The notes: generated by a model not told the origin, from the letters alone. A DNA stretch of 64,000 nucleotides from an uncultured Actinomycetota bacterium (GCA_963769435.1 CAVYLN010000001.1:84522-148521), one strand, 5' to 3'. Shown: positions 10,309-20,405, numbered from the stretch's first letter. Translations and numbers: made by a program.

Positions 10309-11285
10309 ACCTGTCCACCGACATGCTCATCGTGGGCGCCGGGCCAGTAGGCCTGTATGCGGCCTACTATGCGGGGTTCCGAGGTTTCAGCACTGTCGTC
10401 TGCGACACGTTGCCCGAGATCGGCGGCCAGATTTCGGCCATGTACCCGGAGAAACTCATCTTCGATGTGGCGGGGTTTCCCGAGATCCGTGGTCGTGATC
10501 TCGTGGACGGGCTAGCGGCGCAGGCACAGGCCTACACCCCGCGCTACATACTCGGGGAGCAGGCGGTACAACTCGAGCAGCACGAAGAAGGCCTCACCGT
10601 CACGACTAGCAGTGGCACGACGATCATTGCGAAGGTCCTTCTGATCACCGGCGGCATCGGCGCCTTTCGGCCCCGGCCGTTGCCTGCGGCTGACGAGTTC
10701 GCCGGAGAGGGCCTTGTCTTCTTCGTGCCCAGACTCGCCGTGCACGCCGACAAGGACGTCGTCATCGTCGGCGGCGGGGACTCCGCGTTCGACTGGGCAC
10801 TCTCCCTGCACCCCATCGCCCGCAGCGTGACGCTCGTGCACCGACGCGAGGCGTTCCGCGCCCACGCCGGCACGGTGGACAAGGTGCGGTCGCTGGGCGT
10901 GCGCCTGGTCACCTCCAGCGAAGTGACCGCCATCGAGGGTGACGAGCGGGTCACCGGTGTGCAGGTCACCCACAAGGTGAGCGGAGAGCAGCAACGACTG
11001 TCCGCCGACACAGTGGTCGCAGCGCTGGGATTCATCGCCTCGATCGGCCCGCTTGCCGACTGGGGACTCGCACTGGAGAAGCGGCACCTGCTGGTCGACA
11101 CCACCATGGCCACCAACGCGCCACGCGTCTTCGCCGCAGGCGACATCGCAACGTACGCCGGGAAGGTGCCTCTGATCTCGATCGGATTCGGGGAGGCCGC
11201 CCTGGCGGTGAACAACGCGGCACCGCTGATCGATCCCACCCATGGGGTATTCCCAGGTCACTCGTCGGGGGAATCAGCCCCCTAG
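10305..11285 (+). CDS. ferredoxin--NADP+ reductase, thioredoxin-reductase-like type (YumC-type)
   Basis: FAD-binding GAGPVGLYAAYYAG, GGQISAMYPEKLIFDVAGFP and NADPH-binding VIVGGGDSAFDWAL, with no redox CxxC. The GTG at 10305 overlaps the upstream TGA (GTGA). Alternative starts are 10284 (TTG) and 10296 (GTG). Confidence 0.85.
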   Translation: MNLSTDMLIVGAGPVGLYAAYYAGFRGFSTVVCDTLPEIGGQISAMYPEKLIFDVAGFPEIRGRDLVDGLAAQAQAYTPRYILGEQAVQLEQHEEGLTVTTSSGTTIIAKVLLITGGIGAFRPRPLPAADEFAGEGLVFFVPRLAVHADKDVVIVGGGDSAFDWALSLHPIARSVTLVHRREAFRAHAGTVDKVRSLGVRLVTSSEVTAIEGDERVTGVQVTHKVSGEQQRLSADTVVAALGFIASIGPLADWGLALEKRHLLVDTTMATNAPRVFAAGDIATYAGKVPLISIGFGEAALAVNNAAPLIDPTHGVFPGHSSGESAP

Positions 11286-11301
11286 ATACGCTCGGAACAC
11301 C

Positions 11302-11805
11302 ATGACAGATCCGAGATTCGCCGATGTGATCGCGGGCAACCGTGAGTTCGTCGAGACTTACCACGAACCCGGCATGACCGGCCGCGCCGCCAAGCACCTG
11401 GCACTGATCACCTGCATGGATTCCCGGATCGACCCCCTGCGTGCCCTCGGCATGGGTGCCGGCGACATGAAGATCCTGCGAAACGCCGGCGCCAGGGTCA
11501 CCGACGATGTGCTGCGCACCCTGGTGCTCGCCACGTACCTGCTCGAGGTGAACCGGATCATCGTGATGCCACACACGGACTGCCGCATGGCCAAGAGCAC
11601 CGAGACCCAGGTCCACGAGACGATCTTCGAGAAGTCGGGCGTGGACACCCGGTCGCTGGAGTTCCGCACCATCGACGACCCGCTGCAGGCCCTGGCCGCC
11701 GACGTGCAGCGCATCCGGTCGTTCCCGTTCATCCGCGACGACGTGGCCGTCGCCGGCGGCATGTACGACGTGGAGACCGGGGAACTCACGCTGTACGACT
11801 TCTAG
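11302..11805 (+). CDS. beta-class carbonic anhydrase
   Basis: ATG at 11302 within ORF 11242..11805. Zinc-ligand motifs ITCMDSRIDP and MPHTDCRMA. Confidence 0.85.
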   Translation: MTDPRFADVIAGNREFVETYHEPGMTGRAAKHLALITCMDSRIDPLRALGMGAGDMKILRNAGARVTDDVLRTLVLATYLLEVNRIIVMPHTDCRMAKSTETQVHETIFEKSGVDTRSLEFRTIDDPLQALAADVQRIRSFPFIRDDVAVAGGMYDVETGELTLYDF

Positions 11806-11815
11806 CCCTCGACCT

Positions 11816-13882
11816 CTAGACGTCGAGCAGGTTCCTGTCCAGCTCCTCGGACGATTCGACGATGAAACCACGCCGGGGTGCGACCTCGCTGCCCATGAGC
11901 AGCCCGAACACGTCGTTCGAAGCCGATGCGTCTGAGACCGTCACGCGCCGCAACTGCCGCTTCGAGGGATCCATGGTGGTCTCCCGGAGTTGGCTGGCGT
12001 CCATCTCGCCCAGCCCCTTGTACCGCTGGATCGGGTCCTTGACGCGCAGGCCCTTCTTCTCCAGGTCGGCGACCAGTTTGTTCATCTCCTCATCGGAGTA
12101 GGTGTACCGCACCTCGTTCTTGGTGCCGGGACGCACGATCTCCAGTCGGTGCAACGGCGGCACGGCCGCGAAGACCCGACCGGCCTCGAGCAGTGGCGTC
12201 ATGTATCGATGGATCAATGTGAGCAGCAGGATCCGGATGTGGGCGCCGTCCACGTCGGCGTCGGTCATCAGGATGATCCTGCCGTACCGCACCTGGTCGA
12301 GGTCGAAGCTGCGTCCGGTCCCACCGCCGATGACCTGCAGGATCGATGCGCACTCGGCGTTCTTGAGCATGTCGGCCATGGAGGCCTTCTGCACGTTGAG
12401 GATCTTGCCGCGGATCGGCAGCAACGCCTGGAACTCCGAGTTCCGCGCCGACTTCGCCGTACCCAGTGCGCTGTCGCCCTCCACGATGAACAGTTCCGTG
12501 CTGTCGGTGGCGTTGCTCCGGCAGTCAGCGAGTTTCGCAGGCAGCGCGGACGACTCCAGCGCGTTCTTCCGGCGCTGAACGTCACGGGTCTGTCGCGCCG
12601 CCAGTCTCGCCCGCGCGGCGTTCGCCACCTTGTCCAGGGCGGCCTTGGCGTTCGCCTTCTCCCCCCGTGGTGGTTTGCTGAACCACGCGGTGAGCGTCTT
12701 GGCCACCACCCGGGACACGATCCCGGACACCTGTGGTGTTCCCAAGACCTCCTTGGTCTGACCTTCGAACTGCGGTTCCGCCAGACGCACGGTAACGACC
12801 GCGGTCAGGCCTTCCGTGATGTCGTCCTTGGCCACGGAATCCTCGCTGGCCCGTAGCACCCGCGCCGCCCGCAACTGCTCGTTGACCGTCTTGGTCAGAG
12901 CGCGCTCGAACCCCGTCACGTGCGTCCCACCCTTGGGGGTCGCGATGACGTTGACGAACGAACGGATGACCGAGTCGTAGCCGCTTCCCCACCGCATCGC
13001 CACCGACACCGTGCACGTGCGTTCCACGTCCTGGGTACTCAGATGACCTTTGCCGTCGAGCACGGGCACATGCTCGGTGAAGTGACCCTCGCCCTCCAGT
13101 CGGATGATGCCGGTGACCGGTTCGTCGTCGGCGAGGTAGTCGACGTACTCCGCGATCCCACCCTTGAAACGGAATGTCTCCTCGAGATGGTCGTATTCGT
13201 GGCGCAGGTCACGAACCGTCAGTGCCAGATTCGGCACCAGGAAGGCGGTCTGCCTGGCACGGTCCCACAGCGCATTGCGGTCGAAGGTCGTGTCCTTGGT
13301 GAAGATCTGCGGATCCGGCCAGAAGCGGATCCTGGTCCCGGAGCGCGTCTTCGGCACCGACCCCCGCTGATGCAGTCCGGTCTTGCGCGAGAACGCCGCG
13401 TCCGGGCCATCACCGTCGAAGATGCCCGGCACACCTCGCCGGAAGGACATCCCGTAGGTCTTGCCGGCGCGGTCGACCTCGACGTCCATCCGTGCGGACA
13501 GTGCATTCACGACCGACGCACCCACACCGTGCAAGCCGCCCGCCGCCCCGTAGGACCCGCCCCCGAACTTGCCGCCGGCGTGCAGTTTGGTCATCACCAG
13601 CTCGACACCTGTCAAACGGGTCTTCTTCTGCACGTCGACCGGGATGCCCCGCCCGTTGTCGTGCACCTCCACGCTGCCGTCCGGAAGCACCGAGACGGTC
13701 ACCACATCGCAGTGGCCCGACAGGGCCTCATCCACGGCGTTGTCGATGATCTCCCAGACACAGTGCATCAGTCCGCGGGAATCCGTCGACCCGATGTACA
13801 TGCCGGGGCGCTTGCGCACCGCGTCAAGACCCTCGAGCACCGTCAGGGCATCGGCGGAGTACGCCGCGGTCTTCGTGGGCAT
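11816..13882 (-). CDS. parE: DNA topoisomerase IV subunit B (GyrB/ParE family)
   Basis: 688-aa ORF with GHKL ATPase motifs (HCVWEIIDNAVDE, LHGVGASVVNALS) and Toprim motifs (ELFIVEGDSA, LPIRGKILNV, DADVDGAHI). Confidence 0.9.
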   Translation of the reverse strand: MPTKTAAYSADALTVLEGLDAVRKRPGMYIGSTDSRGLMHCVWEIIDNAVDEALSGHCDVVTVSVLPDGSVEVHDNGRGIPVDVQKKTRLTGVELVMTKLHAGGKFGGGSYGAAGGLHGVGASVVNALSARMDVEVDRAGKTYGMSFRRGVPGIFDGDGPDAAFSRKTGLHQRGSVPKTRSGTRIRFWPDPQIFTKDTTFDRNALWDRARQTAFLVPNLALTVRDLRHEYDHLEETFRFKGGIAEYVDYLADDEPVTGIIRLEGEGHFTEHVPVLDGKGHLSTQDVERTCTVSVAMRWGSGYDSVIRSFVNVIATPKGGTHVTGFERALTKTVNEQLRAARVLRASEDSVAKDDITEGLTAVVTVRLAEPQFEGQTKEVLGTPQVSGIVSRVVAKTLTAWFSKPPRGEKANAKAALDKVANAARARLAARQTRDVQRRKNALESSALPAKLADCRSNATDSTELFIVEGDSALGTAKSARNSEFQALLPIRGKILNVQKASMADMLKNAECASILQVIGGGTGRSFDLDQVRYGRIILMTDADVDGAHIRILLLTLIHRYMTPLLEAGRVFAAVPPLHRLEIVRPGTKNEVRYTYSDEEMNKLVADLEKKGLRVKDPIQRYKGLGEMDASQLRETTMDPSKRQLRRVTVSDASASNDVFGLLMGSEVAPRRGFIVESSEELDRNLLDV

Positions 13883-14053
13883 TGTTCAACAGTAGAGCCA
13901 GGTACCGACAACAGCGTGTAACCACCCTGGCACCGGGAACTATTCGCTTGCGGCGAAACGCCCAATCACTGCGTGCGGGAATCCCAACCCCCTGCCACAG
14001 TGTTGAGTACGGTGTAGGCCAACGACGTAAACTGTGTGAAGGAGGTGGTTCCA

Positions 14054-14272
14054 GTGGTAACCACACTGTCCCCGAGCCCCCTGACAGCCAGCGACCGCTG
14101 CGATCGCTGCGGAGCGCAGGCATACGTCCGCGTAACGCTGACCAAGGGTGGGGAACTTCTGTTCTGCGCCCATCACGCACGCAAGCACCTGCCCGCCCTC
14201 GAGTCACTGGCGGCGCACATCCAGGACGAGAGCCACGCTCTCGACGAGGACAAGTTCAGCGACGCGAATTAG
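14054..14272 (+). CDS. conserved actinobacterial small protein (DUF7455-like, Cys/His-rich)
   Basis: The motif DRCDRCGAQAYVRV...LLFCAHHARKH matches the family as I recall it. The GTG at 14054 lies 8 nt after the strong SD GAAGGAGG and aligns with homologue N-termini. The ORF track starts at 14036. Confidence 0.7.
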   Translation: MVTTLSPSPLTASDRCDRCGAQAYVRVTLTKGGELLFCAHHARKHLPALESLAAHIQDESHALDEDKFSDAN

Positions 14273-14335
14273 GGCCCTTTCGCCCGAATCGTCTGACCTC
14301 TGTCTTTCGGCATGCCCATTGGCCGCGGGGTCTGT

Positions 14336-14445
14336 GCACGAGGTTCGAGCGAGGTTGGCGACCAGCCGCGAGGTTGGAGTTTGTGCACGAGGTTGGAGAA
14401 GACGACGCGTGCGTTCTCCAACCTCGTGCAGCTGTCTCCAACGCC
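14336..14445. repeat. array of short direct/inverted repeats with core CGAGGTTGG(AG)
   Basis: GAGGTT cores at 14340, 14351, 14370 and 14389 (spacing 11, 19, 19 nt). An inverted copy AACCTC lies at 14420-14425, with a partial CTCCAACG at 14436-14443. The region is a convergent intergenic gap. Confidence 0.8.
14384..14430. terminator. perfect 17-bp hairpin between convergent genes (possible bidirectional terminator)
   Basis: TGCACGAGGTTGGAGAA (14384-14400), a 13-nt loop, then TTCTCCAACCTCGTGCA (14414-14430). No U-tract on either strand. Confidence 0.4.
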
Positions 14446-14478
14446 GCTGACCGCGGCCAAGGCCGGGGCCCAGCGGCC

Positions 14479-15261
14479 CTAGTGCCCCCGGAACTGCGGC
14501 GGTCTGCGCTCCCCGAAGGCTTTGATCCCCTCAGCCAGGTCCTGACTGGTCCAGGCGCGGGCCACTGTCTCATCGACCCGATGTGCCACCTCCGGCGGAA
14601 GATGGGCATCGGAGAGTTCGGCCAGTGCCGCCTTGGTCGCTGCGATGGTCAGTGGCGCGTTGCGGATGATCTTCTCCGCCAAGGAGCGGGCGGTCGGCTC
14701 CAGATCACCGACTTGCCCCACGACCTGAGTCACCGCTCCGAGTTCGTAGGCGGTCTGCATGGTGATGGGCTCAGCGGTCAGGAACATCCTCGCAACCAGT
14801 TGCGCGGGCAGACACGCCAGGAATCGGGCGACCCCGGAAGGCGGATAGCCGACCCCCAGTTTCGCCGGGGTCACCGCCATCCGAGTGTCCGCGGTGGCCA
14901 CGATCAGGTCACAACTGAGTACCAGTTCACAGGCGCCACCCCACACATCCCCACCGACCTCGGCGATGGTGGCGATGGGCAGTCGCCGGAAGTACTCGAG
15001 GAACCCCTCCAGCGGGTTGGCCCAGGTGTGTTCGGTGACCTCGGAGGGGATCTCACTGATGTCGTGGCCACTCGACCAGGTCCCCTTCACGGGTTCGGCT
15101 CGCAGGATGACCACGCGAACCCCATCGAGAACGGCCTTGGTCAGCAGACCCCGCGCCTCCTCCAGCATCGGGGTCGTCAGCCGGTTGCGACTCGCCGGAT
15201 CACAGAAAGACATCCGCATAACGACGCCATCGGTCTCACAAGTCCACTCGCTCACGTTCAC
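14479..15261 (-). CDS. enoyl-CoA hydratase/isomerase (crotonase) family protein, methylmalonyl-CoA decarboxylase-like
   Basis: ORF 14479..15330. Crotonase core GGDVWGGACELVLSCDLIVA and AVTPAKLGVGYP. The likely start is the GTG at 15261 (VNVSEWTCETDG...); the longer ORF start would nearly abut the divergent gene. Confidence 0.8.
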   Translation of the reverse strand: MNVSEWTCETDGVVMRMSFCDPASRNRLTTPMLEEARGLLTKAVLDGVRVVILRAEPVKGTWSSGHDISEIPSEVTEHTWANPLEGFLEYFRRLPIATIAEVGGDVWGGACELVLSCDLIVATADTRMAVTPAKLGVGYPPSGVARFLACLPAQLVARMFLTAEPITMQTAYELGAVTQVVGQVGDLEPTARSLAEKIIRNAPLTIAATKAALAELSDAHLPPEVAHRVDETVARAWTSQDLAEGIKAFGERRPPQFRGH

Positions 15262-15324
15262 AGAGTCTAGGGACAGCCGTTTCGTACCACCCACGCGGAG
15301 CACATCGACGCCTTCGGCATCAAG

Positions 15325-17091
15325 ATGCATGCGGATCGTGCCGAAGTGGAGGACGTGGGAGTAGACGACCGGCCATCGGCGTGGGCGCTCCTGCGACGTC
15401 TAATCGTCGTGGTGGTGGCTGCGCTACTGGCGGCCGGGCTGATGACACCGGTTTCGGCCGGAACCCGCTCCATTGGCGAACCGAAGCCGCTGCGGCCCGG
15501 GAACCGTGCGGTGCTCAACGACCCGCAGTTCCAGTGGAAACCCGTGCGCGGAGCCATCACCTACCGGCTCGAGGTCTCCCTGGACCACCGGTTCACCGAG
15601 ATCGTCCACACCATCGACACTTCGGCCACACGCTACATGGATACGGCCGCTTGGCCGGCCGCATCGTACTGGTGGCGGGTCAAGGTCGTCGCCCCGTCGG
15701 AGGGCCCCTACTCCAACGTTCGCAGTTTCACGCGTCGGTGGGTGGGACCGGACGGGGGCGGAGGCGACTCGCCAGAGGTCGCACGCCCGGATGACGTGAC
15801 TGTGGAGGACTTCGCCCAGGACCCCGGTATCCAGGTGCCGGGCAATGCGCTGAAGATCAGCTGGGATCCCGTGCCGGGGGCCTCCCACTACGAGATCCAG
15901 TTCGACGGCCGCACCGACGCCATCTGCACCACCCCCCACACGGTTCTCACGCCCTACCAGAGCGGTTCCCTCGGAAAGGACAAAGGGGGCACCGTGTGCG
16001 ATCCGGAACTCGAACAGGGTGACCACTGGGTGAGGGTGCGCGCCGTCGACGAGACCCTCGCGGAGGACGGGGCGCTCTACAGCCTCTGGTCCGACGAGGC
16101 TCGCGACGTTGACGCCGAGGTGCCCGCGCCGGTGGTCTTCGCCCTGGGCCCGAACCTCTCCGGCCCCGACACCCTGCAACCCGCCCAACTCACCAAGCCG
16201 CGCAACGGAACCGTGTTCCTGGATATCCCGACGTTCGAGTGGAATCCGGTGGCGTGGGCCAGCCAGTACGAGTTGGTGATCGCCATGGACCGCGATTTCA
16301 CGAACGTCCTCGGCCGTTTCCGCACCACGAACACTCGCCTGACCCCGCAGGGCCGACTGCCCGAACACACCGCGGTCCGCTCGTACTACTGGTACGTGGT
16401 GCCGTGCCTCGAAGGGGACAACAAGTCTGCGACCTGTCTCAACGAGAACCGCGCCGTCAACCGCGAAGGGCGCTTCCGCTCGTTCAAGAAGCAATCCGTA
16501 CTGGTCAAACAGCGGGGCGTGGTGCAGCGGAAGACCCCCTGGATCGAGTTCGTGTGGGAGGCGTATGAGACCACGATGAACCGTTTCGCGCGTCGTACCG
16601 GAACCCCGGGTTCGTCCATGGGCGGCTTCAAGTGGTACGAGATCCAGCTGAAGCCGAGGACGGCTCGCTGGGACGCTGCCCGGACTTTCACTTCGGACCT
16701 GCCGGGGATCCTCCCGACCGACTTGGCCTTCGGGGCACGGTACGCCTGGCGGGTGCGGCCGGTGGACGAGACCGGGAGCGCTCGACCATGGAGCCAGGTG
16801 CGGTACGTCCGCACAGAGCGTGCGGTCCCCGCCCGGCCCGTCGCCTTGAAGGCTGTGCGGAGCCCGACCCGCGTGACGTTGCTGTGGCGCACGCCGAAGG
16901 CTCGGTACTTCCCGGTCACGAGCTACTCGGTCTACTACTCGACCCGGGGGAAGCGATGGAAGCCGCTGACCCAGGTCGTGCGCAACCGAGCCGCGTTCCG
17001 CGTGCGCAAGGGCGCCCGGTACTGGTTCATGGTGACGGCCAACAACACCGCCGGCGAGGGCGCGCCGCGTCGGGTGTTCGTGGGCCGATGA
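15325..17091 (+). CDS. secreted multi-module repeat protein A (four ~90-130-aa modules plus C-terminal fibronectin type III domain)
   Basis: 588-aa ORF with an N-terminal hydrophobic segment LIVVVVAALLAAGLMTPVSA. Recurring module signature W-x-PV-x-GA-x-x-Y (FQWKPVRGAITYRLEV, ISWDPVPGASHYEIQF, FEWNPVAWASQYELVI). FN3-like tail TLLWRTP..YSVYYS..YWFMVTANN. Exact start uncertain. Confidence 0.75.
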   Translation: MHADRAEVEDVGVDDRPSAWALLRRLIVVVVAALLAAGLMTPVSAGTRSIGEPKPLRPGNRAVLNDPQFQWKPVRGAITYRLEVSLDHRFTEIVHTIDTSATRYMDTAAWPAASYWWRVKVVAPSEGPYSNVRSFTRRWVGPDGGGGDSPEVARPDDVTVEDFAQDPGIQVPGNALKISWDPVPGASHYEIQFDGRTDAICTTPHTVLTPYQSGSLGKDKGGTVCDPELEQGDHWVRVRAVDETLAEDGALYSLWSDEARDVDAEVPAPVVFALGPNLSGPDTLQPAQLTKPRNGTVFLDIPTFEWNPVAWASQYELVIAMDRDFTNVLGRFRTTNTRLTPQGRLPEHTAVRSYYWYVVPCLEGDNKSATCLNENRAVNREGRFRSFKKQSVLVKQRGVVQRKTPWIEFVWEAYETTMNRFARRTGTPGSSMGGFKWYEIQLKPRTARWDAARTFTSDLPGILPTDLAFGARYAWRVRPVDETGSARPWSQVRYVRTERAVPARPVALKAVRSPTRVTLLWRTPKARYFPVTSYSVYYSTRGKRWKPLTQVVRNRAAFRVRKGARYWFMVTANNTAGEGAPRRVFVGR

Positions 17092-17107
17092 GAGGACGGG
17101 CAGGCAC

Positions 17108-19022
17108 ATGAAACCACGCTGGTTCGCGGCATTGCTGGTGGCAGCCGCCTTCGTCCTTGCCCTACTGCCGATGAGCGCAAATGCAGCCGCGCTTCCTGCA
17201 CCCACCCCGTTGACTCCGTCGACGGACGCGACGGTGGACCAGCCGTTGTTCTCCTGGACACCGGTTGTCGGGGCGGCGCGGTACGAGATCGAGGTCGCCC
17301 TCGACGATCAATTCGTCACGGTGACCGATCCTGGCGATGAGTTAGCGCCGAGAAGCGTGTTCGGCACCACATACGTACCCACGTTCAGTTACACCGCCAA
17401 GGCTCACTACTGGCACGTGCGCGCCATCGCCGCCGATGGAACCGAGGGCCAGTGGAGCCAGGCGCGGGAGTTCACGCGGCGCTGGACCAATGACGACGAG
17501 GCAACCGGGGTGGAGCAGGGCACCCCGTCGTCCCGCGTCGAGAACGTGCGCCTGGTTGGCGGGGCCGGCAACCCGGCGGTCAACGAGATCGCCGTGGCGT
17601 GGGACCCGGTCCCCGGAGCCTCGCACTACCAGGTCGAGATCGACACGACGAGTACGTTCAATCAGCCGCTGACCGGGGAATGCAGGACACCACACACCTT
17701 CCTGGCCCCCTACAGCGCCGGCGCCTACGTCCGCAGAGTTCCGATCGGGGAGTTCGCCTGCGAGACAACACCCGATCTGCAGGTGGGAGTGGACTACTAC
17801 GTGAGAGTGCGGGCCGCGGACCTCCCGTCCACTGTGGACTACCCGGTGACGGACCTCGAAACGGCCGGGCTGGTCTACGGCCTATGGTCCGACCAGCGCG
17901 ACGGCAGCGGCGACCCGGCTCCCGGACCCTTGTCCTTCACTCCCACCGCGAAGACGGGCGCGACTCCGGCCGGCCAGGCGTCCGAGCCGACAACACTGTC
18001 GTCGACCGGTGCGGACGTTCCACTACTTGCGTGGGAGCCCTCGTCTGCGGCCGACTCCTACAAGGTGGTCATCGCACTCGACCGCGATTTCACAAACCGG
18101 GTTGGCACATATGGCGCCTTCGGTGCCTACCTCGATGCCCGCCGAGACCTACGACGACAATCTGGCCGGACGTTCGTACTACTGGTTCGCGTTGCCGTGT
18201 ACCGGGACGCTTCCCCTGGAGGATTGCGACACCGCCGACCGGACCGCGGTGAACGACGACACCTACGTCGGAACCTTCACCAAGACCAGCGTTCCAGTGG
18301 GCCAGACCGCTGTGATTTCAGCCGATGATGGGGCCAACGTCCGGCTGTCCTACCAGGAGGCGCTGACAGCGGTGCAACTGATAGATCCGGCAGATTCCCC
18401 CGGCGGAGTCGCCGGCTACGAAATCCAATTCACCACGGGCAACTGGTCACAGGCGAGCAGTGTCTTCACCGACAACCTCGCCTACAGCACCGCCCTGGCA
18501 CCGCTGCCCTCGGGCGACTACCGGTGGCGCGTGCGTCCGCTGGACGGCCAGGCAGTCCCGCTGGCCTGGGCCTACGGAGCGGACTTCACCATCACCGGCA
18601 GCGTGGAACCCGGCGTGTCTCCATCGCCGACGCCCACCTCCACCTCACCTTCGCCGACGCCGACCTCGACGACCACCACGCCTGCCGGTCCTCCGCCCAA
18701 CTACCAGGCACCGACACCAGACGAAGGGTCCGCGACGCCGATGGTGCCTGAGAAGCCCGGCAAGCCGACTGTCACCCGCGTCGGGAAGCGCAAGTTGCGG
18801 GTGCGCTGGCGGGAGTCTGAAGAGCTGGGCGAGCCGGTCTCGGCCTACCTGGTCTACCGCTCGACCAACGGGACCAAGTTCAAGAAGGTGCGCACGACGA
18901 CCGCTCAGAAGGTGCGGCTCAAGGCGAAAGCCCGGAAGACCTACTGGTTCAGGATCGTCGCCGACTCCGATGTCGGCCAGAGCGATCCGAGTCCCTCGAC
19001 CCGCTTCAGGATGAAGCGCTGA
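17108..19022 (+). pseudogene. secreted multi-module repeat protein B (paralog of A), split by a frame break near 18120-18136
   Basis: ORFs 17108..18328 and 18009..19022 are collinear with protein A: FSWTPVVGAARYEIEV, VAWDPVPGASHYQVEI, LAWEPSSAADSYKVVIALDRDFTN | ..AGRSYYWFALPC.., YRWRVRP, and an FN3 tail. Signal peptide MKPRWFAALLVAAAFVLALLPMSANA. It also carries an extra Pro/Thr/Ser linker. Confidence 0.72.
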
Positions 19023-19229
19023 CGCTGCCGTCCTCCCGTATCGTCGGCTCCCAGGCCCACTCAAGGTTCAGGCACCCGCTCGCGCCCGGCCTTGGACTGC
19101 GCGTCCGGCGGCAAGCGGTCTGGCCGAGGAGCGCGCAGCCGTGGCGGTGTCCGTCAGCCACCGCAAGGACACCAAGAAGGCCTTTGCGCCGTCGGGCCAG
19201 CGCCTGACCGAGGGGAATTGCTGGGAGCG

Positions 19230-20405
19230 TCAGTCGAGGTAGTCGCGCAGAACCTGGCTGCGCGAGGGGTGGCGCAGTTTGCTCATGGTCTTGGACTCGA
19301 TCTGGCGGATGCGCTCTCGGGTCACGCCGTACACCTTCCCGATCTCGTCGAGCGTCTTCGGCTGCCCGTCGGACAGTCCGAACCGCATTCGCACCACGCC
19401 GGCCTCGCGCTCGCTCAACGTGTCGAGGACGGACTCCAACTGCTCCTGGAGAAGTGTGAATGAGACCGCATCCGCGGGAACGATCGCCTCGGAGTCCTCG
19501 ATCAGGTCGCCGAACTCGCTGTCGCCGTCCTCACCGAGCGGTGTCGAAAGTGAGATCGGCTCGCGACCGTACTTCTGCACCTCGACGACCTTGTCCGGCG
19601 TCATGTCGAGCTCGGCGGCAAGTTCCTCCGGGGTGGGCTCACGCCCGAGGTCCTGCAGCATCTGACGCTGCACCCTTGCGAGTTTGTTGATGACCTCGAC
19701 CATGTGCACCGGGATGCGGATGGTGCGAGCCTGGTCGGCCATCGCACGGGTGATCGCTTGGCGAATCCACCACGTGGCGTAGGTCGAGAACTTGTAGCCC
19801 TTGGTGTAGTCGAACTTCTCCACGGCGCGGATCAGACCCAGGTTGCCCTCCTGGATCAGGTCGAGGAAGAGCATGCCGCGGCCGGTGTACCGCTTCGCGA
19901 GACTGACCACGAGCCGCAGGTTGGCCTCCAGCAGGTGGTTCTTGGCCCTACGCCCGTCCTCGGAGATCCACTCCAGCTTGATCCGGGTCTCGGTATCGAG
20001 ATCGGGGTTCTCCGCCAGTTTCTCCTCGGCGAAGAGCCCTGCCTCGATCCGCTTGGCCAGCTCAACCTCTTGTTCGGCGTTGAGCAGAGGCACCTTCCCG
20101 ATCTGCTTCAGGTAATCCTTGACCGGGTCGGCAGTGGCGCCCGCCTGGGTCACCTGAGCCACCGGCTCGTCGGACTCATCGGTGTCCGAAAGAGTGAACG
20201 TCGCCGCCTCTTTCTCGTCCTCGAGTTTCTTCAGATCCTTCTTCAGGTCCGTTTCCAGATCCTGCTCGAGCTCGGCCGCCTCTTTCAGTTCATTGGAACC
20301 GACGGTCTCCTTTGCGGACGCCTTTTTGGCCGCGGTCTTCCGCGTGGTCGTCTTCTTGGCGGGCGCCTTGCTGGCCGGGGCAGTGCTGGCCGAGGCCTTC
20401 TTCAC
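19230..20405 (-). CDS. sigA: principal RNA polymerase sigma factor (SigA/HrdB/RpoD group 1)
   Basis: Region 2 [32 protein letters not shown] and region 4.2 [29 protein letters not shown]. The ORF-track start is the GTG at 20405. An Ala/Lys-rich N-terminal extension appears to continue upstream in another frame to the GTG at 20631 (see findings). Confidence 0.92.
   Translation of the reverse strand: MKKASASTAPASKAPAKKTTTRKTAAKKASAKETVGSNELKEAAELEQDLETDLKKDLKKLEDEKEAATFTLSDTDESDEPVAQVTQAGATADPVKDYLKQIGKVPLLNAEQEVELAKRIEAGLFAEEKLAENPDLDTETRIKLEWISEDGRRAKNHLLEANLRLVVSLAKRYTGRGMLFLDLIQEGNLGLIRAVEKFDYTKGYKFSTYATWWIRQAITRAMADQARTIRIPVHMVEVINKLARVQRQMLQDLGREPTPEELAAELDMTPDKVVEVQKYGREPISLSTPLGEDGDSEFGDLIEDSEAIVPADAVSFTLLQEQLESVLDTLSEREAGVVRMRFGLSDGQPKTLDEIGKVYGVTRERIRQIESKTMSKLRHPSRSQVLRDYLD

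Noticed and set aside
14340-14349. GGTTCGAGC resembling a tRNA T-loop
   Set aside because: No acceptor, D or anticodon arms can be drawn around it. It is one copy of the local CGAGGTT repeat.
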